Assembly: GCA_010356995.1 (NCBI GenBank)
Contig: ML996695.1
Coordinates: 133,061 to 197,060, forward strand
From: Trichodelitschia bisporula
Lineage: Eukaryota
Length of the DNA: 64,000 nt
Reading direction: 5' to 3'
The notes below the pieces were generated by a model. That model was not told the origin of the DNA, ran no database searches, and worked only from the letters and a program-made list of their open reading frames with translations. Every line of letters begins with the position of its first letter. The stretch's first letter is position 1. Made by a program: the position numbers and the translations under genes. Shown in pieces: positions 12,791 to 24,702 of this stretch.

Positions 12791-14739
12791 TTAAAACGCA
12801 TCCGCGCACCCGAAGCTGCTCTCAACACCATACGACCCGCTGCCCTTCCACAAATCGTCCTGGAACGAGAAGATGACGGTGCGCTCACCAGCCTTGGCCA
12901 GGATGTCGCCAATCGCGGCCGCCTGTTGGGACTTGCCCGGCTGGGCCGCGCCGTTCGCCTGGCCGGCACTCGGCCACCCGGACTCCAGGTTGTATGCCTC
13001 CTTGCCCGGGCACAGCGCGGCGACGAGCTTCAGCTGCGAGACCACGAAGTCGCCGGCGGAGTAGGCGCTCACGCCGCTGTTGAAGAAGGGCTGGATGTTC
13101 GCGCCGATGACGTCGATGGCGCTGCATAGGGTGCCCGCGTTGGCTTGCAGGATGTTGAGCGGCTCGGTGGTGGTCACGGGGCCGGTGAAGCCGGCGGCGC
13201 TGAAGGAGGCCTTGGCTTCGAGGATGAAGTAGGAGAGCTCCGCGGCGCCGCAGTATCCGTTGAAGATGGCTTCGTTGCCGATGACGATCATGACGACGGA
13301 CCCGAAGTTGCCCCCCTTGCCCCAGGCAGCGATTTCAGCAATCTGAGGGCGCGCGCCGTTGATCCCGTCCGCCTTGATGAAGACGCCGAGGATGAGCTTC
13401 AGGCCGTACTTGACGGCCGAGCCGCCTACGTTCTGCAGCCCGGAGCAGTCGGTCGCGTACAGGCGTACGGTGGTGAAACCCTTGCTCTTGATGGTCTGGA
13501 TGTCGGCGTCGACTTCGGCGGAGGTCTTGCAGGACCCGGTGGAGGTGTACGGCGTGTAGGTGATGGCCCACTTGTTGCCGTTCGTCGTGATCTTGCCGCC
13601 GGACACAGCGGATGCGGAGGGCTTAGCGGGGGCAGAGCTGGAGGCAGCAGGCGCGCTGTAGACAGGCGCAGCAGGGGCCGAGTAGACAGGCTTAGCCGGG
13701 GCCGAGTAGACGGGCGCAGCCGGGGCGGAGAATACGGGCTTAGCCGGGGTGATGGGCGCGGCCGGGGTAGAGGGGTAGGCGGTCTCGAGCGGGCAGACGA
13801 TGACCTCGTTGACCACGGTCGCGGTGACGGTGTGCTTAGGCGCAGTGTAGACACCGGGGACATAGGTAGTGGCGTAAGGGAAGACATAGACGGTGCTCGT
13901 CACGACCGTCGTCGTCGTCGGCGCAACGGGGGTGTACACGCCGGCGGACGGGCAGACGAAGACAGTCTCCGTGAGCAGGCTGGTGACGACGTTGTCCTTG
14001 GTCGCGATCTGGACGTAGGGGACGGTGATGGTGATGGGTGCGGGGACGGAGGTGGTGAAGCCGCCGTAGAAGTTGACACCGGGAGTGAAGGTCGCGGGGC
14101 GCTTCTCGATCACGGTGATGGTGCGGTTCACGGTCACGGTTGTGGCCTCGAAGACGTACGCGCCGGGCGTCGGGCAGACGGTGACCATGGGCGTAGGCAC
14201 GGGCGAGGCCGGCGTCACGTAGCTGGCGCTGGATGTGACGGGCTTGACGGGCGCCAGCGGGATGGACTTGGACAGCGGCTTGCTGAAGACGGGCTTGGCC
14301 GGGAGGGTCTCTGGAGGGGAGGTCAGATCGGCAACATTGATATAGAGTTGAGACATCCGATGGGATGTTTCACCACCGAAGAAGAAAGAAAAAACGGCGA
14401 TCAATTGCCAAGAGGGAACTTACCGCCAGGGTAGACAGTCACGGTGACCGTGGTCGCGTAACACGCATTGTGGATGGGGTGCGCGGGCCTGGAGAAGCTC
14501 TTGGATGCGGAGGTGGAGCTTGAGACGGAGCTTGATGGCTTCAGCGGGCGGACGGGGTACGAGATGCTGGAGCTGGCGGAGCTAGACGGCTTCACGGAGT
14601 AGGCGTAAGCCGAGCTGGAGGAGCTCTTCACAGCGGAGACGCTGGACGAGCCCCAGTAACCGTAGTCGTAGTCGCGCTTCTCGAGGGCGGCGGCGCCGCC
14701 GACGATAGAGCCCGCAAGGGCAATGATACCAGCCTTCAT
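12791..14739 (-). CDS. btgE: Secreted glycoside hydrolase family 17 (btgE-like beta-glucanase/glucosidase) with Ser/Thr/Pro-rich N-terminal region; intron 14311-14423
   Basis: Signal peptide MKAGIIALAGSIVGGAAALEKR. GH17 motifs WAITYTPY..CK, VRLYATDC, IVIGNEAIFNG, GPVTTTEP, ANIQPFFN, LESGWPSAG, FSFQDDLWK. Spliced length 1836 nt is in frame. Confidence 0.88.
13647..13748 (-). repeat. Coding tandem repeat, about 4 x 24 bp (PA[A/K]PV[Y/F]SA) in the GH17 linker
   Basis: Translation PAKPVFSAPAAPVYSAPAKPVYSAPAAPVYSAPA; coordinates approximate. Confidence 0.8.
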
Positions 14740-17454
14740 ATTGACGATCCGATCGTAGATTCGTTTATAAAATTAACGATTAACAGCAATAAACAATTGC
14801 GTTAAGGAGAGAGAGAATGCCCGCTGAACGAGTGAAGCGGTGGTAAAGACAGTGAGTGACGGAGTTCGTGTGAGGGAGAAGAGAGAGGAAATGAAGGCGA
14901 AGCAGGATGGCGATGGTATTTAAGAGTACAGCAGAGGCGCTTGCCCACCGCTCCCCACTCGCCCAGCGCCCCGGCGACGAGTCCGTAATCGACGAGCAGC
15001 GCCGGGAAATGAGCCATGGTGGTTTGGACGGGCGACAAGAGCACAAGGAAGCTGGCCCATGTCCAGAACACCGAAAGACGTTAGCATCAGGGGGTAGGAA
15101 GCGCGGCGCTCCGGCGCGCAGACTGCCTATCATGACCGCAAGAGTACAAGGAGCAGGCTTGCGGGCCGGGGCATACATAGCATTGGTTGCTTGCTCGACC
15201 GACGACCACGGCTTTCTCTCATCTGCCCTCACCCAAGAAACTAAAAGCGTGCCTTAAGCCCAAGCTGGACCTAAAAGGGTAGTGCAGTCTGGGGAAAGTG
15301 GCCAATCCGATAGTCGGGACAAGACTTGGAGGCGTCGAGCGCTGCGAGATGTTTAATTTCCCGTTGTTAAGCCGTTGGTGGAGGGAGCGGCACAACTGGC
15401 AGACGAAAAACGCCCCCCCTTTGCTCTCAGGCCTCTGGATGGATAGCGCAAAACGCCCCCTAGCCGACGGCGGATGCACAGGCGCCAGAGCCACAGCTGC
15501 GAGGCCATGTCGTGTTGTGGTACCTGCATGCGGCCTTGGTCAACGGTATTTTGCGTACAGAGCGACGTTATCCTAGTGGTGAGGAGGGGGGAAGATGACA
15601 TCGCCATCAGTCATGTCGCCTACGGACCACACAGCTTCACGCGCAACCGTCTAAGCGGACTGTGGCGGTGAGGATACGAGTGCAGGGTTTGGGGCGGCAA
15701 CAAGCAGTAACTGCCATGATCTCGGGCGGTTGTCATGAAGTTTGTTTGTTTGTTGTCCGCGTGCCGTGTACGGTTATTGCGACGGGCCGGGAGAGGAACT
15801 GAGTCAATCCCATGCTGTCCCGAGTAGGAAATGGTTGACACGGTCGGCGAGGAACAAGCAATCGATCGACATGGCTAAAAGATGACAAAATTAGTATGGG
15901 GAAGTAGAGCAAATGAAAACTGTGTTTGGGCGATGATCGTCGCTGGGGACAAGATCATGTCTCCACACCTCATCTAATATCCGCGAGCTTCACCATCATG
16001 GTATCTTTCGATCTGAACCTTTCTCCTCAGCTTTCGCGTTCTTGATGCTTGTGCCAGTCCCATGTGTTGACAATCGTGAGTTGTGAGTGATGGAAACGCT
16101 GCCTTTCCAACTTCGCATTTCCATCTTCTTATGTACATTTCCCCCTTGCGCCTTCCTCGTCCATCACGACTTCCTCCTCTCAAAGTAGCCGTCAAGCCAT
16201 ACAATGAGCATGCCACTCGTTCGTCGAAGCCGAGTTTCTATCTCATCATCGGACCTACGTCTGTTGATTAGCTCGACGATGAGGAAACAGGCATGCCGCT
16301 AAAGCGACAGTGCTGACAACGGCTGAAATAAGGACAACGCTTTGACGTTTAGTTGAGATCCCGCTGTTGCGGAGTGCAGCATCGCGAACGGACCATGAAG
16401 CGCGCTACAGTCCGCAATACGGGTCCGGTGCTATCTCCAAAGATCATATCGATGGAGGCATGATTGATGACTATCAACAAAGCACAACATCTCACCACCA
16501 CTGGCGATGACAACCAACGTTATTGGAGCCGTTGACCATTCAAACTAACCAGAGACAGACCGCGGTCACTCTGAACCATACTCAGATATGGAAGTCTACA
16601 GTAGAGCACTGATGAAGCAAGCTGACGAATCAAGCTGCCATATCAAAAGACACAGAATGCATGTTGATGGACATTCGCCATGCGGAAGATTGCCATGCTG
16701 ACAACAACCATGCGGACGTAGCACTGCTCCACCACTCAACAGCATGCCGTCGGCCACATGGCGAAGACACACATCCCAAAGGCTTGACAAGCGAATACGG
16801 CCCGGCATCAAACCCACAACCTGTCACTTGCTGAAGTGCTCAAATTTCGCACGAGAAAGCAGTTATCCAGCCGTGAAGGCAGCTGAACAAAGGCGGCTGA
16901 GCGGCTGAGCAGAGTCCTGCCGCAAGGCTCACAAGAGCCCTTCCAATCCCCAGTGTTGAGCCTACAAGGAACCATGTACGGATGTACTGTAGCTAAATGG
17001 TTCTCCAAACCGAACCATCTTCAAACATCGTGAACCTCTTCCGGATCTCTGCCTGATCAAAAGCAACACCACCACCCCGCACCGCCACTCACGCCGAACA
17101 GGCCCGGTCCGCAAAAACGCCCCCCCACTGCAAGCATCGTTGCGCCTCCAAAGTCAAAAAAGGGGGCGCAAACATCCCATGCCGACATCTCTCCCATGCC
17201 CGTGCGCGCCGAATTTCCCACAGCCCCACTGTGGCTTTCCCCTTCGCATCCCACGCCCATCCCGCACAATTAGCGACATAACTTAAATCGCCTCCTCCGT
17301 TCCCCACGCCCTTGAAAGGAAGCGCTTCAAGCGGTAAGAGCGCTTTGAAGGAACGACACGGCAAAGTAGGAGTCGGATGTACAACGTGAAATGTGTCAAG
17401 CGGCCCAACACCGCCTATTACTGCTATCTATCCAGTGTATATCCTATATGCCGT

Positions 17455-19074
17455 CTATGTACGCTCCGCCTCTCCCTCCCCATTCCGATTCCTCACCTTC
17501 GTCCACCCGCTCCCGCCCTCCCTCGGGCCGTCGGCCCCCTGCCCCTCTCCCGACACCCCCCCACCGGCCGCCGCCGAACTCCCCCCCTCCTTCACGGCGG
17601 GCACCACCTTCGCCCAGGTGCGCGGATTCGTCGCCACGGGCCACCTCCTCGCCCCCCCCACAATAACCGGCTCTTCGAACCCCCCCCCCGCGCCGTCCCA
17701 CTCCTCCTCCTCGAGCACCTCCCACTCCGTCTTCTGCATCTCGGCGATGAGGTGAGATTTGACCTGGGCCATGAGGCGGGCGGGGAGGGCGAGGCGCCAG
17801 TTGCGCGTCGCGTCGGCGGTGCCCGCGTAGAAGGAGTGCGTGGTCGCGTGGGAGAACTGGCCGAAGAGGTTCGGGAGCGGCGTCGGCGCAGGAGCAGGGG
17901 AATCGCGGCCGCGGCGCGGCTCGGGCTCGGCGAGGAGGAGGTGGTATAGATTGCGGCCGAGGGGACACACGTCGGACCAAGATGTGAAGCCCGGCATGCC
18001 CTGAGATTTACACAGCCAGGCTATGTTCCAGGCGAGGAGGGAGACGCCCTCGACGAAGATGGAGAAGGCAGCTGGGTCATCCTTTGCCAGTTTGGCGAGG
18101 TCGGCGTGGAGGAAGAGGGTGCGGGGGCGGGGGGGGGGGGGGGGGCGGTGGTCGAGGAGGCGCGAGGTGGAGGGGCTGTTGGCTGAGGATTGGTTGGAGG
18201 TTAGGCCGGGGAAGGGGACGGGGATGAAGAGGTAGGAGGAGGAGGGGGCGAAGATTGTTGGTAAAGGGTGGTCGCGGTGGGGGAGGGTGATTTCGGCGGG
18301 GAGGCGGAGGCCTAGGTATGTTGATATGCGGACGGTGAGGTAGGCGATTTGGGTCAGGGACGCTGTGAGCTCTTCCGGTTTGGCGACTGTCGCGGGTTAG
18401 CTGATGCCCTGGAAAGTCTCACTCGGGATGTACGTACGGTGTAGTCTCCGCAGATCGAATATACTCAACTTGTTGCCGATATAATATTTATCCTCAATAA
18501 GGCCGCCTGGTATAGTAGCCTTCGCCCGCGTTAATCCAGCTAGTCGTGCTGCAGCGCCGCACAGTGAAATGCGTCCACGGACAATTTCTTGATGATTAAT
18601 TTCCCACCTCCGTTCCGCACGCCGAATGCTCGACTGCACCGTTTCCAACTCTTTAGCGGACCGAGACTCCAGCTCGTACGTCGCAGAATCCGCATCCGAC
18701 CTCCGTTGCGCGAGCCCCTTCTTCTTCGCCGCCATATCCTTCGCATGCTCGGCCATCTCGCGGCGCAGTTCCTTGGCCTTGTCCGCGATGGCGACTATCC
18801 GCTCGTCGAGAGCGATAATAGCAGACCGCGTCTTCTCCAACTCAAACGCTCGTCCACATTCATGCAGGTCTATAATGGCGCCTTTGACAGACGCATTCTC
18901 GCGCGGTGCAATCGCACCGCTTGCCACGGCCTCAATCGGCCGGCTCAGGGATTCTTTGTCCAGCAGCACCGTGGCCAGCTCGACGCGGAGCGGGTATATA
19001 GCCGTGCGGGCGCAGGTGGGGCAGTGGAAGGAGAGGCCACCCCCGGGAGGGTGGGCGCAGATGTCGCATTCCAT
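17455..19074 (-). CDS. Atg14/Vps38/UVRAG-family PI3-kinase complex subunit; intron 18387-18437
   Basis: N-terminal MECDIC..FHCPTCAR zinc motif, then coiled coil, then YLGLRLPAEITLPHRDHPLPTIF and FVEGVSLLAWNIAWLCKSQG, GRNLYHLL, FGQFSHAT, GWTKVRNR. Spliced length 1569 nt is in frame. Confidence 0.85.
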
Positions 19075-19712
19075 GGCCGCGAAGGTGCAGCGGCCCTGGG
19101 ACGGATTCGGGAGTGACGCAATGGGGGTGAGAGGAGCGGTATCGGGTAGGCGGTGCGGGTGCGGGCGAGGAGTCCACTTGCGGTGGAGTCGAGTCGTTCT
19201 CTGGCGGGCGATGCGGCGGCGCACTGGGACATGGTGGAGGCGATACCCAAGCTCGTTGGGAGAGTTACTGTTCCATGTGCGCGAGCTCAGCCGGGTGAAT
19301 TGCGGGGTGTAGTATGAATATCTAGCGTAGCCTGGGGTGGCGGGTCGGTAATCAGCCGCTATCAGCAGCGGGGAGCGAGGCCAAAACTGCACGGAAGAAG
19401 GTGCGATGCGTGTGTGTGCAGGAGGCACAGATGAAGGTACCGGGAGCCTGTTCCTGTGGGTATTTGTTCTGGTCGGCAAGGCAGACGCCTGCTTGGTCAG
19501 TCTGCAGTGGTCACTCAGCGAGTTCCGGGCGGAGCTGGAGACACCTGCATTCCGGGGTCGGCGACTGCATGCGAACACCGGGCACATGACTTCGCGTTGT
19601 GACTATCCACTCGTCACGTCACCCATCATCTTCAAACCCGCGCCGGCGTCATACCTTTACGCGTGACGGTCCGGATAATCTGACTACGCGGCTTTGCTCT
19701 ACAGCTGCAGCC

Positions 19713-20220
19713 ATGCTTCCTCCGAAAGCCGCTGGCCAGAGCGCAGCGCAAGAAAACGACGACACCAAAGACCCCAGAGCGCCCATTTCAGCGTATGATT
19801 GGGAGGATGTTCAGCAGCGGGTGGAGAACGACCTGAAGAAGCGGCTCCAGGAGCAAGAAAATGTCAACAAGGAGCTAGAGGAGCTCATGGCGGTACGAGC
19901 CATCATGGTTTTGGGTGGCTCTCAGTCTCATATTTGGACAGTACTACATGCTTTGGATGAAGACCATCTCCGAGCATGAGACTGAGCGCACTCATAAGCG
20001 GTCAGTCATCAGCCATGAGTTGTGCTGCTTACTTGTAACTGACTCCCCATATCAGTATCCGAACCCGCATGCATCACATTCAAAGCTCTGAGAAGGCACT
20101 TGAGCAAAAGAGAGAACATTGTACGCCACCCCCGCCTTCGGTACTGCCCGCTAACCTAGCGCAGACACACGGGTCATCAACGCATTTGAGAGTGCGTTAC
20201 AACTCGTCAATGGTCAGTGA
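19713..20220 (+). CDS. Small coiled-coil hypothetical protein, 4 exons (introns 19893-19941, 20001-20055, 20121-20164)
   Basis: Three GT-AG introns splice in frame to give ..AYDWEDVQQRV..YYMLWMKTISEHETERTHKRIRTRMHHIQSSEKALEQKREHYTRVINAFESALQLVNGQ*. Confidence 0.8.
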
Positions 20221-20584
20221 GACGATGATGACGAGGCTTGTCTTCAGCTTCTCGCCCATTAAGAGCTACGGCTCCGGTGTTGTGTTTTGCAAATCCCCAT
20301 CCGATGCGGTGCGTAATGCTTTAGGCGGACTGCTAAGCGCTTGTGAGAGCTCGACAACGGAGTTTTGCGGACCACAACGGGGTCAAATAGTTGTACGGCG
20401 AGCATTCACATAAAATGAAACCCTTTAGGCACTTGTTCTGTCAGCCACGAAATATGCCGGTCTATAAATTGCTCCTATATAATGCAATGTAAGACCTTTC
20501 ATTCATTATGAGGCCGGTGACGCCATCCACACCAAGCTCCAACGGTATCAGATGCTAAAACACACGCATTCAAATCTATAGTCT

Positions 20585-21908
20585 TCACAGCAGGGGGTTC
20601 TGACGGTACTCCGGGGCGTCGTCATTCTTGGGCTTCACGGCGTCGCCATTCTCCAGGGGGTTCTCCGACCCTTCTTGGTCGGCCAACCACTTCTCTGCCT
20701 CCAGCGCTGCGACACAGCCAGAGCCTACGTGTGATGTTAGTCCACTTGACTCTTCATAAAAGATTGGTTGCACATACCAGCGCTAGTGATAGCCTGCCTG
20801 TACCGTTTATCCTGCACGTCACCCGCAGCGAACACGCCCTCGACACTGGTCAGGCCGCGGCCCGGCTCGGTGATGAGATAGCCATCCTCGTCCATGGCAA
20901 GCTGGCCCTTGAAGAGCTGTGTGGCAGGGTCGTGGCCAACGGCATAGAACAGACCACGCGCGTCCAGAACCTCCTCCTGTCCAGTCTGAACGTTCTTGAC
21001 CTTCAAGTGCGTCATCAATCCCCGGTCCTTCTCCTCACCCATAATCTCTGTCGCAACCGTGTTGTACCGGATCTCCACCTTGGGATGGGTTTCAAGGCGC
21101 CGGGCATTGGCGCGGCTAGCACGGAGCACGCCCCGGCGCACCAGGACCGTGACCTTCTCGGCCTTCTTCGTGAGGTAGACGGCTTCCTCGACGGCCGAGT
21201 CGCCGCCGCCGATAACGACGAGGGGCACGTTGCGGAAGATCGGGAGCGAGCCGTCGCACACGGCGCACGCGGACACGCCGTTGCCCCAGTACTTCTGCTC
21301 CCCGGGAAGATCTAACCGGCGGGCCTTTGCGCCCGTAGCTATTATGATCGCCTCAGCGGTGTGCGTCTCCTCCTCGATCACGTCGTCCTCTCCCATCGGG
21401 TGTAACCAGTACCTGAAGGGGCGCGAGGAGAGGTCGACCTTTGCTACGGTTTGGGTTATGATTTGTGTGCCACAGGCCTCGGATTGGGCGCGCATTTGGT
21501 CCTGCAATGTCGTGGTTAGCCGGGCGATTGATGCTATAGGAACTATGACACACCATGAGCACAGAGCCGTTGATCTCCTTGAAGCCGGGGAAGTTCTCGA
21601 CCTCGTCGGTGGTGGTCAACTGGCCGCCGGCGGCGATTCCGAGTGCGAGGAAGCCCTCATAGAGAACAGCTACATTATGTTAGTTGAATCTTAGGGGTTT
21701 TGACTGCATGCGCTTACGCTGAAGATCTGCGCGCGCAGCGTAGATAGCGGCGGTGTGTCCGGCGGGGCCAGACCTAAAAATACGTTAACACTCTGTCGAC
21801 GTAAAAATTGCGGGGAAGTAGCGCACCCGATAACTGCATTCGAAGTTAGCGAAGTGTTCTTGGTCACCTAGAGAATGCGATATACTTACTAACAAGTTTT
21901 GAATGCAT
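20585..21908 (-). CDS. TRR1: Thioredoxin reductase (low-MW type), multi-exon including a 7-nt micro-exon 21827-21833
   Basis: [56 protein letters not shown] active site, [44 protein letters not shown]. Confidence 0.97.
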
Positions 21909-22645
21909 TCCTCTTGTGTTGCGGAAGACGGGCAACTGGAGGGAGGGGAGAGTCGAAGGTGCGGGGTTGCGCTGGCTACACGCTGCGACGGCGACGGGAA
22001 GGCTGAGAGAGGAGCGGAGGGGAAACGCGCGAGTACGACGAAAGGCGGAGGCGAACAGTTTGCCGGCTTTGTGGTAGGCTATATGTGTGGAAAATAGACA
22101 GTTTAGGGCAGTAATCTGGAGACGTGAAGTTTTGCAAGCAGGAAAGTTGTGGTGAGTCGCGGAGATGCGGAGGAGCAGGGATCCGGGCTGGGAGAGGCGT
22201 GATAGGCACAGAAGTTTTTTTTGGATTACGGAGTAGAGGGGACGGCAAGCTCGGGCATATGTAATCTGTAGCAGCGCCTGAATGGAAGCCACTAGGACGA
22301 CGTCAAGGGCGCCATGTTTTGATTTCTAAGGACGAATGGACCAGGCCGATGATAACCATGATTCCAGAGCCGTTCGTCCCTGTTATTGCCCCACATGCGG
22401 GACCTACCGAAAACTCGGCCCGAGAGTTTCTCTGCCCGCGGTGACAATAGGAAATGCCGTGACATTCATTGCCTTGCTTCCTGCTTATTTGAGCATGATT
22501 CCAGATGCATTCTCGCGTTACTGAAGTCGGAAAGCATTATTTTGGTGGTTGGTGGTCCGGTGCGTCGATGTTCAGCAAGGACATTTGACTTCGTCATCGG
22601 CCCAATATTTGTATTTACCTGCATCTAACTGTCTGACTTGGTTAT

Positions 22646-24384
22646 TTATTCCTCATCGTTATCCCGCTTCCGCAGATTATGAACTGAGTACAGAAGAGCC
22701 TGCAGGGCCTTCTCGTGCCAATCTACCACCACCTGCTTGTTTATATCGACGAGCAGGTTGTTCCAATGGTCCCTTTCGGACCATTCTTGACATAAGCTTC
22801 GCGGGAACACCAGCAGGCGGGCCTGGGAGGTCTGTACCTAGTAAATTTCCGTTCCGTTTTGTGGAGTTGCAAGGACCTTACCTCTCTTTGATCGACTTGT
22901 GTGATTGAACCAGGTACGTGAATGTTATCGATGGAGACGATCATAGCTTGCGTGGCAAATGCTACGTCAAGGACGTTTCCGTGGGTGAAGACTCCGATAT
23001 CGACATCCTTCTCTGTTTTCCCTAGACGTGAGGTGTCAATGGCGAACAGTGCTGGTACTCCCTCGCACGCAACAAGAAGTTGCGGCTTCAGAAGTTAGCG
23101 TGCGCAGGCTTTGTCGGATATTTTTCCTTACTGCATTGCCATCCGTGCCGGGAATAGTCCAAAGTCCAGATACGGCAACAGCACTCGAGCTCTCTTCAGC
23201 GTCCACTCCAGTCTGAGTTTTGGAAACTTTGGACCTTGCTTGCGACACAACAGATGTTAGAGAGATGCGCTGCAAAAGTCTTGCATTGAGCCAGTCCCAG
23301 ACGCAGAGATAGTCATCGCCGCCTCCAGATACCAAGAGTGTCGGTGAAATAAGGCAAAGCTTGCTGATAAACTCTTCGTGTCCGAGACAGAAGTTTTCAA
23401 TGACTTGGGTCTGCGGGAAATCCCGTGAGACACGAATATGTTCGTCACGGTCTGCTGTGATAATGTACGATCGCTGGTCCATGCGGGCGATCAACATATC
23501 CGTGAGGAGAGACACATGTCCAAGGAGGAGCTGGTGAGGGAAATTCAACGCCTCTTTGGTCTTCTGCGGCGGCTGCTCTTGTGCTTTCTTTAGCTGGTCC
23601 TCGAGGGCTCTTCGGTTTGCCCCTGAATGAACTGTCAATGCGGTCGCAGCTGGCTTGAAGGGCTTTGGAGCAGCGGGTCGAGAACTGGCAGAGAATGCAC
23701 TCTCAGCTTCGGGGGTCGTCAACAAGGGCAATGCGTAGACATCTCCGAATTTGTCGCTGATGATGATCGTCTTGTTATCGGCTGAAATGACGACGGCACT
23801 TGGGCGCTTCGGCATGAGTCTATACGATCTTAGGGATGTTCACACTCGCTTGAAGTCATAGTTCGCACCTTTGGCTCAGCTCCTGAAGCTCCCCTTCGGT
23901 ACCAAGGGAAAACACACGAACGGTTTTATCTTCTCCAGTGACGACAATCGCATGCTGGTGGTCATGACTGACGGTTAATTTGCAGATGTTAGGTTGTTCA
24001 GCTGCCGCCGCAACTTTGCGTTTCTTGTTCAGCGGGCCAGCTACTTCTTCCACTTTGTTGTCGTCCTATGATCGTGTCAGTTCCTGCACAGAAATTGAGG
24101 GCAACCTTGTGACATTGTGACAGGAGCAGCCATATGCCGCATCGACCGTTGCTCTCTGCACTGGTAAGTGCTCTCATGGAATATATCCCAGTCATACACA
24201 TATAGCAGCGTAGAGGGTACCACTATACCTTTTGGTTATTCTCCTCGTCTGGCCACGAGGAAACAATGGCGCCATTTTCGAGATTCACAGCATAGAGTTT
24301 CGGTCCGCCGGCAGCCAGAAGAAAAACTGGCCCTTGAGCTCCAGCGGGAGAAAAGGTCTCAATGGCCTGATAAGGATGATGCAT
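22646..24384 (-). CDS. TRM82: tRNA (guanine-N7)-methyltransferase non-catalytic WD40 subunit, multi-exon
   Basis: N-terminus MHHPYQ..LLAAGG; VVTGEDKTVRVF; MPKRPSA..SDKFGDVYALPL; LLGHVSLLTD; ITADRDEHIRVSR; FCLGHEEFIS; LVSGGGDD; C-terminus LLYSVHNLRKR. Confidence 0.93.
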
Positions 24385-24526
24385 TCTGAGAAAGCTTATG
24401 GCTTAGTGGGAGAGGAGGTCGGTGTATGCAATCCCAAGTGTGCTCGAAGTACATCTAGTAAATTAAGCTGTGAAGGCTCGCCTGATGCGCGTCTAGGTTA
24501 TGCGCCTTGACATGCAGACAATTTCA

Positions 24527-24534
24527 GCCTTAGG
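24527..24534 (+). promoter_or_regulatory. Candidate ribosomal-protein promoter element GCCTNAGG (Dde-box-like) in the TRM82/RPP0 divergent promoter
   Basis: GCCTTAGG 176 nt upstream of the RPP0 ATG; the same motif lies 181 nt upstream of the RPS12 ATG. Confidence 0.4.
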
Positions 24535-24702
24535 GAAACATTCATTGAGCTAGCGCGGGGAGGATAGTTATTCCGGAGTCGAAGTCTTGGCTTCGCTTCC
24601 ACACTCCACAAAGCAAATCTCGGCCTGACGAAGCTGACCTCGGACAATCCACGAAGAACTCAACGATTTGCCTGAAATATCCCTTTGTCTCAATCGAAGA
24701 AA

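Noticed and set aside
13145..14434. 429-aa plus-strand ORF
   Set aside because: Antisense shadow of the strongly codon-biased GH17 gene; the same applies to antisense ORFs over RPP0, ERG24, TRR1 and SCS3.
16460..16575. TGATGA...CTGA box C/D-like pair
   Set aside because: No terminal stem and no rRNA-complementary guide recognised.
19075..19587. N-terminal extension of the Atg14-family ORF
   Set aside because: Starts at a non-ATG codon, runs into the divergent promoter of the 19713 gene, and the family-like sequence begins at MECDIC.
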